The notes beneath the pieces were generated by a model. That model was not told the DNA's origin and ran no database searches. It saw only the letters and a program-made list of their open reading frames with translations. A stretch of DNA of 55,135 nucleotides, taken from the UHGV virus genome UHGV-0258472, one strand, 5' to 3'. The stretch is from a virus. Positions 1-8,328 of this stretch are shown piece after piece (positions within the stretch are counted from its first letter, which is position 1; the number at the start of each line of letters is the position of its first letter). A program made the position numbers and the translations under genes.

Positions 1-153
1 ATTATCAAGTAATAATTGCATTTGCTCGCGGCTCATTAGTGAATCTTTCCAGTATGGGTCATCAATAGTCATAATCATCACTTTGTCGCCTTTTAGCATG
101 TAGGCTATACCGAACAAAGCATGTGAATAAACACCATCTTCGATCTCGTTCAT
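1..153 (-). CDS. hypothetical protein, 3' end runs off window start; N-terminus (MNEIEDGVY) resembles the product of 150..332
   Basis: ATG at 153 overlaps the upstream stop (ATGA); open frame continues to position 1. Confidence 0.35.
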   Translation of the reverse strand, partial: MNEIEDGVYSHALFGIAYMLKGDKVMIMTIDDPYWKDSLMSREQMQLLLDN

Positions 154-332
154 AGGTCGCTAACCTTTACCAGTTCACCAGCATCAAGAAATATTTTAAT
201 TGTTTCTCGCGTCGTCTTAATGATTGGCGCTACCCACTCGCCACCGCCAACGCGGATACGAATATCATCGCCTTCCACGCGGTAAAACAGCCCGTCTACT
301 ACTGTTGCTGCGTACACACCATCTTCAATCAT
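150..332 (-). CDS. hypothetical small protein (60 aa)
   Basis: ORF track; ATG at 332 with SD agagga upstream; start follows upstream stop. Confidence 0.45.
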   Translation of the reverse strand: MIEDGVYAATVVDGLFYRVEGDDIRIRVGGGEWVAPIIKTTRETIKIFLDAGELVKVSDL

Positions 333-557
333 TTAACTATCCTCTTTGAATAGCTTAGATTTAGTATCGCTAATCTTGCGCCAATATCCGTGATTAAACA
401 TCGTGATGATCTCGGCAGATGTCATAGGTAAAAACGGTTCATGCCACGGCTCAAACTGGCTTAATCGCATCATTACGTGTTCACCTTCAAGGCGATAATA
501 AGCGCTTGACGCCAATGACTGATAAACACCGTCATATTTATGGTCGCTATTTCCCAT
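333..557 (-). CDS. hypothetical small protein (74 aa)
   Basis: ORF track; ATG at 557 with SD aaggag. Confidence 0.45.
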   Translation of the reverse strand: MGNSDHKYDGVYQSLASSAYYRLEGEHVMMRLSQFEPWHEPFLPMTSAEIITMFNHGYWRKISDTKSKLFKEDS

Positions 558-792
558 TTTTACGCTCCTTAATGGCTCTCCTGATTTGCTCTGCCGTAGC
601 GTCGAAGAAAGCGATAAAAACAGTCACAGGCCAAAAAGGAATCTCAAGTCCACCAGGTTCGGCACCGCTAAACTTAATAAAACATGACATCAGGATCGCG
701 CCAGCGATATAAAGCAAAACAATCACAGCTATAAGGCATTCAATCATCTTCACCCCCAAGATCGTGATAAATATCGTTAGGGTCTTCTCCAT
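547..792 (-). CDS. small hydrophobic membrane protein
   Basis: ORF-track start 813 is TTG; internal ATG at 792; two hydrophobic segments in translation. Confidence 0.4.
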   Translation of the reverse strand: MEKTLTIFITILGVKMIECLIAVIVLLYIAGAILMSCFIKFSGAEPGGLEIPFWPVTVFIAFFDATAEQIRRAIKERKNGK

Positions 793-871
793 GTTCCTCG
801 CAAAAACGCTCAAATAGCGCCCAATTTTCAGAAAGAAACATGATTAATAAATTTTTATACCACTCTTCCAT

Positions 872-1120
872 TTAATCATCCTCATCGTCTTCATGTTCAG
901 CCAGGAACTCATCAACCACGCTGCAAGTCACTGGCGGGATGTATTCGAAATCATCAGAATCAAGAACAAGCGTCCGGCTGTCGCCATCGTCATCAATCGT
1001 ATTCATCCCTAATTCACCGAAAGGGCCATACCCAATGTGGCCCATGTATTCGTGTCCAGTCGTAAATCCAGGGTATTCGCCTTTACAACGGATTTTGTAA
1101 GGTTTATTTGATACGCTCAA
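872..1120 (-). CDS. small highly acidic protein (C-terminal EHEDDEDD)
   Basis: ORF track; apparent TTG start at 1120 with SD acggag 9 nt upstream; D/E-rich translation. Confidence 0.35.
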   Translation of the reverse strand: MSVSNKPYKIRCKGEYPGFTTGHEYMGHIGYGPFGELGMNTIDDDGDSRTLVLDSDDFEYIPPVTCSVVDEFLAEHEDDEDD

Positions 1121-1427
1121 TTTTTGTGTCTCCGTCTTCTGTCGGGGTTATTTTGTATTCTGCCGCCAGTTCTGCACCAACCAATTCAACCTCGATTTCA
1201 GGAAAAGGATTAAGCATCAGTACGGCAAAAACAAAATGTTTAACGTGATTTGCATCTTCAAGGTGTTTCGCGTCAAAAGGCGGTTCTGATACGTGGAAGC
1301 ATTTAACGTGCGCGTCGTCTTCAGTGGCTACACGGAAACATGCGCCAGGTTGCCCGGCGAATTGTCCATTTTTCTTATCTTCTGGAATAGTTCCACGGAA
1401 AACTTTAACGCTGATAAATTTAGTCAT
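1104..1427 (-). CDS. hypothetical protein (107 aa)
   Basis: ATG at 1427 with SD aaggag. Confidence 0.45.
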   Translation of the reverse strand: MTKFISVKVFRGTIPEDKKNGQFAGQPGACFRVATEDDAHVKCFHVSEPPFDAKHLEDANHVKHFVFAVLMLNPFPEIEVELVGAELAAEYKITPTEDGDTKIERIK

Positions 1428-1430
1428 TGT

Positions 1431-1685
1431 TTATTCTCCTTCATAAAGTACAGTAACCAGTTCAGCATCAATTAGCGTGTTATGATCTGTATAAAACCCG
1501 TGGCGAAGAATTGAGGCAAGGCCAGCAAATTTGCGCCACATAGGGGTCGATTCATTCAGATATTCTTTCTCCCTTTTTTCGCTGTATGCCAATTCATAAA
1601 ACCGACCACGATTAACATCTTCAATCACGCGGCTGTACTCACCATCAAGTCGGCTATTGCCGCGCCATAGTCTGATCACAACCAT
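1431..1685 (-). CDS. hypothetical protein (84 aa)
   Basis: ATG at 1685 with SD ggag. Confidence 0.45.
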   Translation of the reverse strand: MVVIRLWRGNSRLDGEYSRVIEDVNRGRFYELAYSEKREKEYLNESTPMWRKFAGLASILRHGFYTDHNTLIDAELVTVLYEGE

Positions 1686-1687
1686 AA

Positions 1688-1987
1688 TTAAAACTCCGCA
1701 CCAGGTAAGCTACGCGCTTTATTTACCGCATCGTGCTTTAACGATAAACCAGCGTAATAATTCATAATCCCCATATTGCCTGCTGGTATTTCATTATTTT
1801 CTGCCTTTATTCTTAACAACTGGTTTTTAGTGAAAATCCTGTCTCCATCAGTGATATATAACCAGTCGCAGCGCTTACCAACAACAACATGAGATCGGCC
1901 TAAACTGTCTTTAAATTCATAATTAAAGAAAACATCATCTTTAGGCACTTCAACAAAACAGCAAGCAATAAACTTAGCGCTTTTCAT
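1688..1987 (-). CDS. hypothetical protein, possible member of the small paralog family
   Basis: ORF track frame; internal ATG at 1987 preferred because ATG at 2017 lies in a GC hairpin with no SD. Confidence 0.35.
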   Translation of the reverse strand: MKSAKFIACCFVEVPKDDVFFNYEFKDSLGRSHVVVGKRCDWLYITDGDRIFTKNQLLRIKAENNEIPAGNMGIMNYYAGLSLKHDAVNKARSLPGAEF

Positions 1988-2098
1988 AATTACACCATTC
2001 TGATTTGATGGGGCCATCCGGCCCCTTGTTTACTGCATCAAGGATCTTCCACCACACAACCATCTATAACCGCAACATATCGTAGTACATGGCTACCT

Positions 2099-2305
2099 CT
2101 AAATGTCTTCACCGTTGAATACCGCAACCGTTACCAGAGAATAACCATGATTGTAATTGTCGCCGAATATCGTGCGGCCAATAAACATGTCGTTCTCTAT
2201 ATCTCTGCTAGTCACTTTCAACATCTCACCATAGCGAACAACTGTATCGCCAGGCTTGATTGCATTGATGTGTCGTCTTTCGATCCTGTAGTCGTTGCGT
2301 TTCAT
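2099..2305 (-). CDS. hypothetical protein (68 aa)
   Basis: Internal ATG at 2305 with SD ggggag; ORF-track N-terminal extension would cover an intergenic motif. Confidence 0.4.
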   Translation of the reverse strand: MKRNDYRIERRHINAIKPGDTVVRYGEMLKVTSRDIENDMFIGRTIFGDNYNHGYSLVTVAVFNGEDI

Positions 2306-2405
2306 TTTCTTGTCTCCCCTTCCGTCTTCCCTTGACTTATATATAACAAAACGGCACTGCCGAAACAATGCCATTTTGTATACTTTGCGGAGTAGATCAC
2401 GCTTT

Positions 2406-2621
2406 TTATTCATCCTGTCTGAAGGCAACTACAACCTCGCGATCGTCATTCTGAATCAGCCACCAGCCGCGCGCTTTGCTGGGCGCTGCATACCATAAGT
2501 GACCGTAAGTATCCGTAACGACGATAAACGGATTTTTTGGTAATCCGCCTGGTTTTTCCGCTTCGTACTGGCAACCGTCTTCGAAACAATCAAGATCAGA
2601 TCCGTGACACGTTAAAATCAT
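2406..2621 (-). CDS. small protein, paralog family member
   Basis: ATG at 2621 with SD agggg; shares hydrophobic-DD/TD-x-G-x-W motif with neighbours. Confidence 0.45.
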   Translation of the reverse strand: MILTCHGSDLDCFEDGCQYEAEKPGGLPKNPFIVVTDTYGHLWYAAPSKARGWWLIQNDDREVVVAFRQDE

Positions 2622-2624
2622 TTT

Positions 2625-2864
2625 CTACGCCCCTACATACGAAAATGCAGCAAAAGCACCACCACCAGCACGCGCATAAACAAGCGCCGTGCCACACCCC
2701 ATTTTATAAAAGCGCCATAGCTGGCCCTGGTCGTCAGTAATGGCGTGAATATATTCCTGATTCTTTGCGTCAACCAATGCCGCGCCGACTTCGTAGATCT
2801 TGCCATTCTTAAAAAACGCGCTGCATCGTGAATACGTGCATTGATATCTATGATTCCGACTCAT
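2625..2864 (-). CDS. small protein, paralog family member
   Basis: ATG at 2864 with SD aggtgg; G-K-I-Y ... DDxGxLW motif. Confidence 0.45.
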   Translation of the reverse strand: MSRNHRYQCTYSRCSAFFKNGKIYEVGAALVDAKNQEYIHAITDDQGQLWRFYKMGCGTALVYARAGGGAFAAFSYVGA

Positions 2865-2873
2865 AACAACCAC

Positions 2874-3131
2874 CTATTCAGGTTTGCTACCTTCACGCGC
2901 ATGAAGAACAGCGATCTCACGGAAATCATGCACGATGCGATAAATATACAAGCCAGCGGCGTTATTGATATGGATTGCATAAGCGAAATAAACTTTATCG
3001 TCATCGCCAGTTATCGCCATTGCCACATCACCGCACGGTGCGCCGTGGAGTTGAACGCCGCAATAAATCTTCCCTTCTTCGAATCTATTGCGATCGCGCG
3101 TCTGCACTATCTCAAAATATAAATGCTTCAT
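2874..3131 (-). CDS. small protein, paralog family member
   Basis: Internal ATG at 3131 with SD aggggg; G-K-I-Y ... GDDDKVYF motif. Confidence 0.45.
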   Translation of the reverse strand: MKHLYFEIVQTRDRNRFEEGKIYCGVQLHGAPCGDVAMAITGDDDKVYFAYAIHINNAAGLYIYRIVHDFREIAVLHAREGSKPE

Positions 3132-3141
3132 GCTTGCCCCC

Positions 3142-3354
3142 TTAATAACGCACAAAACTAGCGGAAAAATCAGTGCCTGATATTTCGCCACCCCGATAAG
3201 TTGGCATAAATCCCCACACATCCCCACAATCATCAATCAATACAAGCGCCACGCCAACATCACTAATACCATTGCCATAAACGATGTGAACATCATAGAT
3301 TCGCCCAATAGTGAAAACGCTGTCATTGCTTGAATATGAGCATTTAACTTGCAT
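3142..3354 (-). CDS. small protein, paralog family member
   Basis: ATG at 3354 with SD aaggtgg; G-R-I-Y ... DDCGDVWGF motif. Confidence 0.45.
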   Translation of the reverse strand: MQVKCSYSSNDSVFTIGRIYDVHIVYGNGISDVGVALVLIDDCGDVWGFMPTYRGGEISGTDFSASFVRY

Positions 3355-3628
3355 TGTCAGCCACCTTTAAATAATTTTTCGTGTCAATATCTGCCGGATA
3401 CCTGGAAAATTGCGCCAGCCATTGTCCGGTAATGTTTTTCACCAGTGCATAATCAAGATCGCCGCAGTAGAATACCTGGTACATTGTCCCTTCGTTATCA
3501 TCCATAACAAAGACCATCGGATCAGTAGTCGCATTGCGCAGCCTGTGAATCGTGTAAGCCTGGCCAGTAGTGAATTTGTACTCGTTACACGTTGTGCGGC
3601 AAAACATCCGGTCAAAATAGCTTTCCAT
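3344..3628 (-). CDS. hypothetical protein
   Basis: ATG at 3628 overlaps upstream stop (ATGA). Confidence 0.4.
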   Translation of the reverse strand: MESYFDRMFCRTTCNEYKFTTGQAYTIHRLRNATTDPMVFVMDDNEGTMYQVFYCGDLDYALVKNITGQWLAQFSRYPADIDTKNYLKVADNAS

Positions 3629-3879
3629 CAAAAAATCCCCTTATAATCGACCGTGTATTTTGCTATCAGCTTCCATTCACAATAGCTTTCCATGTCGCGC
3701 GGTTGCCAGCCTTTCATGCCTACAGCACCACGCACGCCGTGGCGACGATAATTATCGTTATAGTCAGCTACGCACCACGGCTGAAGCACAAACATGTAAT
3801 TGGCCTCGTTAACCAGGATCGCCACCTGTTTTCCTGTTGCCTTATCTTTCGCCCGGAAATAACTTACCCTGATTTTCAT
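3628..3879 (-). CDS. hypothetical protein (83 aa)
   Basis: ATG at 3879 with SD gaggt. Confidence 0.4.
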   Translation of the reverse strand: MKIRVSYFRAKDKATGKQVAILVNEANYMFVLQPWCVADYNDNYRRHGVRGAVGMKGWQPRDMESYCEWKLIAKYTVDYKGIF

Positions 3880-4090
3880 TTTTAATTACCTCGATCAACA
3901 TTTCTTCTTCCAGGTTAGCCGGACGTTTACGGAATATCCCGGCAAAAACCAGATCATCGAGTAGGTCTTTACGCTTAAATAACCATTCCTTCATTATTAC
4001 CCCGTCATCGCTGCGATATACGACGCCGTTTTTCAAAAAATAAAAAGTGTGGGTATTTGTCTGAAGGTATAGATCTTCGTAAACGTCCAT
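3842..4090 (-). CDS. hypothetical protein (82 aa)
   Basis: ATG at 4090 with SD gaggg. Confidence 0.4.
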   Translation of the reverse strand: MDVYEDLYLQTNTHTFYFLKNGVVYRSDDGVIMKEWLFKRKDLLDDLVFAGIFRKRPANLEEEMLIEVIKNENQGKLFPGER

Positions 4091-4094
4091 GATA

Positions 4095-4322
4095 TTAACC
4101 CTCGACTACTTGCAGCCCGCGCCCCTTATCGCCCACGAAGTCGCCAAGACTGAACGTATACGACCACGCCGGATTGATGTAATGTTCATCAGCACCAGCG
4201 GCAATGAGATCAGCACCGTTAATCATGCAAGTAACATCATCGCTATGAACGACATTAACGACCTTACCAACAACCTGTTTCAATGACGGGTAGCCGTGAT
4301 CGTGCAAGAATTTAACTTTCAT
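4095..4322 (-). CDS. hypothetical protein
   Basis: ORF-track start is TTG; internal ATG at 4322 with purine-rich SD. Confidence 0.35.
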   Translation of the reverse strand: MKVKFLHDHGYPSLKQVVGKVVNVVHSDDVTCMINGADLIAAGADEHYINPAWSYTFSLGDFVGDKGRGLQVVEG

Positions 4323-4590
4323 ATTTCTTTCCCTTGTAAGTGACAGCATCAGTGACCAACAATACCGCCAGCATTTCACCGTCATGTAATGGGTCTGGAA
4401 TAGCAAAAAATATGTCGCTGTTTTTGTCCGGCACTACAACGCGCATATTTCCTTGTTTGTCTTCATGAACAAACCACGGCTTTTCGTGTGGCTCAAACAT
4501 ACCAAAAAGCAATTTAAGATCTATTTCTTCGCCCTTCGTAAATAACGATACATCCGTTGTGGCAATAACTAACGCTTTCTTGTCTGCCAT
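4312..4590 (-). CDS. hypothetical protein
   Basis: In-frame ATGs at 4620 and 4590; 4590 has the better upstream purine run. Confidence 0.4.
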   Translation of the reverse strand: MADKKALVIATTDVSLFTKGEEIDLKLLFGMFEPHEKPWFVHEDKQGNMRVVVPDKNSDIFFAIPDPLHDGEMLAVLLVTDAVTYKGKKYES

Positions 4591-4604
4591 TTTCTTCGCT
4601 CTCA

Positions 4605-4880
4605 TTACTCTGTATCCCATCGTTCAATGCTGATTAAAAAGTCCCGGATAGCGTGGCGCTCGTCGCGCGACGGTTTACGCTTCCGGTAAATTTTAAAATC
4701 AAACCATTCCTTTTCTTGTTCGAAGTCCAGATCGTAAGCAAGCGCCTCAATATATCCGCATTCGTGATACTGGTACGCAACGCCAGCACGAACAAAAAAG
4801 CGGGTTTTATCCCGCTTGTGCTCATAGATACGCATATCAACCCCGTTATGCAGTTGTGTAGCTGTCAACCAGCTTTTCAT
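4605..4880 (-). CDS. hypothetical protein (91 aa)
   Basis: ORF track; ATG at 4880. Confidence 0.4.
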   Translation of the reverse strand: MKSWLTATQLHNGVDMRIYEHKRDKTRFFVRAGVAYQYHECGYIEALAYDLDFEQEKEWFDFKIYRKRKPSRDERHAIRDFLISIERWDTE

Positions 4881-5076
4881 CTTTCATTCTGGCAAGCTGT
4901 GCGATGTTCATCGTGTAGCCGCCATCATCGAAAAGCAATTCCGCCGCCGCGCGACGAAAGGCAATATCATCATGGTTACGTGTCCATGTAGCGATCACAA
5001 CGCGTTTCCCGTTAGTGGCGAACATAGACAATTCATTATCAACAACGTCGATAGCCTGCCAGATTTTTAATTCCAT
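4846..5076 (-). CDS. hypothetical protein (76 aa)
   Basis: ATG at 5076 with SD ggggat. Confidence 0.4.
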   Translation of the reverse strand: MELKIWQAIDVVDNELSMFATNGKRVVIATWTRNHDDIAFRRAAAELLFDDGGYTMNIAQLARMKDEKLVDSYTTA

Positions 5077-5432
5077 GATTTATCCCCGTAGATCTTGAAT
5101 AGTTCGCGCTCTTCCTGGTCTTCAAATATCCCTATGTGCAGATCACGCAGGCGGCGCATTGTGCGGAATCGTGGCCTGAACTCCTGGCTGCGTTTAATGT
5201 ACTTACCGCCAATTGAGTAAATATGCCCGTATGAGTACCATCTATTCCCTACCCATATTTCATATTCTTTGCCTTCGTAATTGAATTTTATCGTTAGCTC
5301 GCCGACTTCAACTATTAACCCTTTGTCAATGATGTCATTAAGCATTTCATCCCATTCTTTGAGGAATGGTTGTTGATAAAAACCAAAAAGCGTATTTGCA
5401 GCATGGCAGAGATAATCAATGATTATTTGCAT
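5067..5432 (-). CDS. hypothetical protein (121 aa)
   Basis: ATG at 5432 with SD ggtga. Confidence 0.45.
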   Translation of the reverse strand: MQIIIDYLCHAANTLFGFYQQPFLKEWDEMLNDIIDKGLIVEVGELTIKFNYEGKEYEIWVGNRWYSYGHIYSIGGKYIKRSQEFRPRFRTMRRLRDLHIGIFEDQEERELFKIYGDKSWN

Positions 5433-5436
5433 ATTA

Positions 5437-5649
5437 TCACCACATCATGTAATAAACGTTCTCATCAGCTAACATGTCAGCTACATCCTGCGTCATGTGC
5501 CTGGCCTCAAGGAAAAAATCCTCATCATGCCATTCACTAACAAGCATACGCGCCCATTTACGGCGCTGGCGCTTATTGCGTCGCAGATCATCAAAAGCCT
5601 TTAATGCTTTGTCGTATGCCCTTACAAGGCGCTTACGGTTACTTTTCAT
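5437..5649 (-). CDS. hypothetical basic protein (70 aa)
   Basis: ATG at 5649 with SD agaggtg. Confidence 0.4.
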   Translation of the reverse strand: MKSNRKRLVRAYDKALKAFDDLRRNKRQRRKWARMLVSEWHDEDFFLEARHMTQDVADMLADENVYYMMW

Positions 5650-5951
5650 TTTTCACCTCTTAGCATCCAATTCACATCACATTTAATTGCGAATACCTTA
5701 ACAGGATCAGGGCCGAACAACGGATGTATGATAGTTTTAACTTCATAGCCCAAATAAGGCAGGTTTATAATCCGGTGTGCTTCGTGGCTGGCTGGATACC
5801 CCAGCTTAATGATCAGGCGTTCATATTCCCGACCCTCCAGACGTTTACGCCAATAGTCATTATAAAGCCGGTATTCCTCAACCTTCTTCCCCGCCCGGAT
5901 AGCGTGGAAGTATTCACCTTTTAAATTCAAATGTAAGTGTTTATTTGCCAT
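5646..5951 (-). CDS. hypothetical protein
   Basis: ATG at 5951 (ORF-track first codon is GTG) with SD agga. Confidence 0.4.
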   Translation of the reverse strand: MANKHLHLNLKGEYFHAIRAGKKVEEYRLYNDYWRKRLEGREYERLIIKLGYPASHEAHRIINLPYLGYEVKTIIHPLFGPDPVKVFAIKCDVNWMLRGEK

Positions 5952-6213
5952 CACTATGATCCTGTAAACAGTCGTTATAACCTTCGATGTATCCGGTTAA
6001 TCCGGTATTACTCACTGACCATTCAGCCGAACGGCGCTTGATGGCCTCGTCCATCGTGATTTCACCTTTGCGATGACATCCGGCATCAATATAGCGGTTA
6101 ACAACCGAAGATAGCCGCCCGCGTAGCTGTTGTGTTCCGGCGTAATATCGGGCCGTATCCGCAAGTTCGTTAATCAACTGGCGGTAAATATGTTCTTTTA
6201 ATTTAGGCTTCAT
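5941..6213 (-). CDS. hypothetical protein
   Basis: Internal ATG at 6213 with SD ggtga; upstream ATG at 6276 has no SD. Confidence 0.4.
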   Translation of the reverse strand: MKPKLKEHIYRQLINELADTARYYAGTQQLRGRLSSVVNRYIDAGCHRKGEITMDEAIKRRSAEWSVSNTGLTGYIEGYNDCLQDHSDGK

Positions 6214-6403
6214 TATCGTCACCACGCTTGTAAATTTTGACAGGCTTAATAGGGATGGCTGGCAATTCGCCTTCATTTAACGCGCTTGCCATACCCAATA
6301 TTAAACGCGCTTCCGCACCAGTGACTTTCTTACACCATGCGCCGCCTGTTTTATCTTCGAACAAGATAACAGCAAACTGATCGTTTATTTCCAGCTTATC
6401 CAT
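6203..6403 (-). CDS. hypothetical protein (66 aa)
   Basis: ATG at 6403 overlaps stop of upstream gene (TAATG); SD ggggtga. Confidence 0.4.
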   Translation of the reverse strand: MDKLEINDQFAVILFEDKTGGAWCKKVTGAEARLILGMASALNEGELPAIPIKPVKIYKRGDDNEA

Positions 6404-7125
6404 TATTCACCCCGTGTCACTCGTTTGATCTCGCTTTCCGCGCGGGCCTCTTCTTTGAATAGCTCCGCTATGGCGTCTTCATAAAAAACCCGGTATTTTT
6501 TCCACCATGTTGATCGGCTCACCGGAAAAACAAGCTGATTAACCGCCTGCCGGACGAGATCTACCGGGAAACGCGAGTACCCGCGCCCGCCGCAATGCTG
6601 GCACGTTTTAAACACTGGCATTTCCGCCGCTTCGCTGGCTGTTTTATCCGGTACTTCGCCGCGCCCCTTGCATTGTTTACAATGATTGCGAACTTTCCCA
6701 TGCCCCTTGCATTTTTTGCAAAGGTGTTTTTCTCCGTAGTCGTCAAACGTAAATTTATATCCGCCGCACTCCATACAAGTTTTTTCCGTCGCGGCGCTTT
6801 GGCAATAATCCCGAAACGCGAAAACGGCAACAAGAATAATGAGATCATTGCGTTTGGCCTCGTCCAGTTCCATAACGTATTCATAATCTTTTGCCATAGC
6901 CCTTAAACGCTCTGTAAGCAAAACTACGGCCTTATGTTTTTCGGCTTGTGATAGTTCCATCTTCCCTAAAAAAGCGCTATAGCCAAGCTCTACGCGCGAT
7001 TGCGCCATTCCTGCGGCAGTTAGCGCATCAGTAGTATTAAGCGCATCCGGGGACGTTCCCCGGCTTTCATCTGACAAACGCGGTGATTTCGGGAAGTGGA
7101 ATTTAAGAATTGATTCCAGATTCAT
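6403..7125 (-). CDS. Q-like late antiterminator candidate with four CxxCxGxG (DnaJ-type) zinc-finger repeats
   Basis: ATG at 7125; translation shows CMECGGYK, CKKCKGHG, CKQCKGRG, CQHCGGRG; overall resemblance to lambdoid prophage Q proteins from memory; sits downstream of RusA/NinG as in lambdoid nin regions. Confidence 0.5.
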   Translation of the reverse strand: MNLESILKFHFPKSPRLSDESRGTSPDALNTTDALTAAGMAQSRVELGYSAFLGKMELSQAEKHKAVVLLTERLRAMAKDYEYVMELDEAKRNDLIILVAVFAFRDYCQSAATEKTCMECGGYKFTFDDYGEKHLCKKCKGHGKVRNHCKQCKGRGEVPDKTASEAAEMPVFKTCQHCGGRGYSRFPVDLVRQAVNQLVFPVSRSTWWKKYRVFYEDAIAELFKEEARAESEIKRVTRGE

Positions 7126-7307
7126 TATTTGCCCCCGTAACGAGCAATAAGGTGTTTACGATCAGAAATAGACTGAACTAACTTTCTCTCAAGCTCTTTC
7201 AATGCAAGCAATTCGCGCATATGAAAAGCCTGGATTTGTCGGACTGTAGCTAAATCATGCTCGTCACGCTGAATATCTATTTGCAGATCTTTAATTTCGT
7301 TTTTCAT
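7125..7307 (-). CDS. hypothetical protein (60 aa)
   Basis: ATG at 7307 with SD gggggtga. Confidence 0.4.
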   Translation of the reverse strand: MKNEIKDLQIDIQRDEHDLATVRQIQAFHMRELLALKELERKLVQSISDRKHLIARYGGK

Positions 7308-7310
7308 TGC

Positions 7311-7712
7311 TCACCCCCACATATTAGTCGCGTATTCGTCAATATCCGGTAACAGGTCTTCGCGCTCGCGTACCTTAATAAACAATCGCCCGCCTTTTGC
7401 CTTCCGGCAGCGAACAATTTTTATAGAATCGATCTGACCGTCGTCGGTCCAGAATCCGGCATAAGTAAGGCTGTCAAAAAGGCATTTGGGGATATTATCC
7501 AGATCTCTGATCCGGTTATCCGGCGGCGCGGCATAAATGGCGATTGCCAGTCGGCAAGATAGGTTAATGTTTAAATTTAATAGCTCGATGATGTCTCTTA
7601 CTTGATCCCGGTATTCCTTCCCCACTTTGCTGATATAGTGAAAACCGCGCGAATGTCGGTAATAGCGATTATTCGATGGCGGGTAAGGCAGGCTAAAAGA
7701 ATATTCATTCAT
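7311..7712 (-). CDS. rusA: RusA-family Holliday junction resolvase
   Basis: Translation MNEYSFSLPYPPSNNRYYRH...RDLDN...GFWTDD matches RusA signature; ATG at 7712 overlaps NinG stop (ATGA). Confidence 0.8.
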   Translation of the reverse strand: MNEYSFSLPYPPSNNRYYRHSRGFHYISKVGKEYRDQVRDIIELLNLNINLSCRLAIAIYAAPPDNRIRDLDNIPKCLFDSLTYAGFWTDDGQIDSIKIVRCRKAKGGRLFIKVREREDLLPDIDEYATNMWG

Positions 7713-8314
7713 GCTGCCTTTCTCCTTAAGGCGTCCAATTTAGCCTGATAGATGTTTATTAGCTCCTTACATTCTGCGATCGTCCATTTATGCGTATCAT
7801 TGTTGTTTTCCAGCGCCACCACCCTGGCGAGGCCAATTTTTCGAATCAGTGCCGGGCGATACCCTCCTATGTTCCCGTCTAATGTCTGGTTGCAGTGCCT
7901 ACATTGTTTATGGCAATTATCCTCGTTAAAGCGAAGATGTCCGGCGGCGGCTACCGTCCTGTAATGACCTGCATCCCACCCGCATTGCTCACCGTAGTAA
8001 GTCCCGCAAGATATACACGGCAAGCGCGCGTCACGTTCGCGAATATAGGCGTTAAATACATTTTGAACTTGTTTGATCCAATAACTACGCGGATTTAACT
8101 GTTTACGCTTCCGGTTGCGTTCTTCCCTCTGGCTATCACGGCGTTTCTTCCGCTCCATAGCCTTCATAGCCTTCTCACGGTCGCGGCATAGCTGGTCAAA
8201 CTTCAGTTCTTCCAGACATTCATCGCTGCACCACGTTTGATTATGATATTTAGGCTCAAAAAAAACGCCGCAGCACTTGCAACGGCGTCTTATGGGTTTT
8301 TTAGGGTTTTGCAT
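7709..8314 (-). CDS. ninG: NinG (Rap) recombination protein
   Basis: Translation ...CKCCGVFF...PRSYWIKQVQNVFNAYIRERD...PCISCGT...WDAGHYRT...LRFNE.N.HKQC..CN closely matches lambda NinG; start moved to ATG 8314 (SD ggggtgg) instead of ORF-track 8404. Confidence 0.85.
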   Translation of the reverse strand: MQNPKKPIRRRCKCCGVFFEPKYHNQTWCSDECLEELKFDQLCRDREKAMKAMERKKRRDSQREERNRKRKQLNPRSYWIKQVQNVFNAYIRERDARLPCISCGTYYGEQCGWDAGHYRTVAAAGHLRFNEDNCHKQCRHCNQTLDGNIGGYRPALIRKIGLARVVALENNNDTHKWTIAECKELINIYQAKLDALRRKAA

Positions 8315-8328
8315 AAAAACCACCCCGA

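Noticed and set aside
506-712. Plus-strand ORFs in the ORF track that lie antisense to the dense minus-strand early genes (e.g. 506..712, 1293..1475, 2147..2335, 6595..6906, 7752..8098)
   Set aside because: They overlap better-supported minus-strand genes with SD sequences and coupled starts, and lack ribosome-binding sites of their own; most likely shadow ORFs.
2010-2025. GC hairpin ggggccatccggcccc in the 2018-2098 gap as a terminator of the early operon
   Set aside because: The T-rich tract follows the hairpin only on the plus strand, opposite to the genes here; may be a structural element or terminator for antisense transcription, not confidently a minus-strand terminator.
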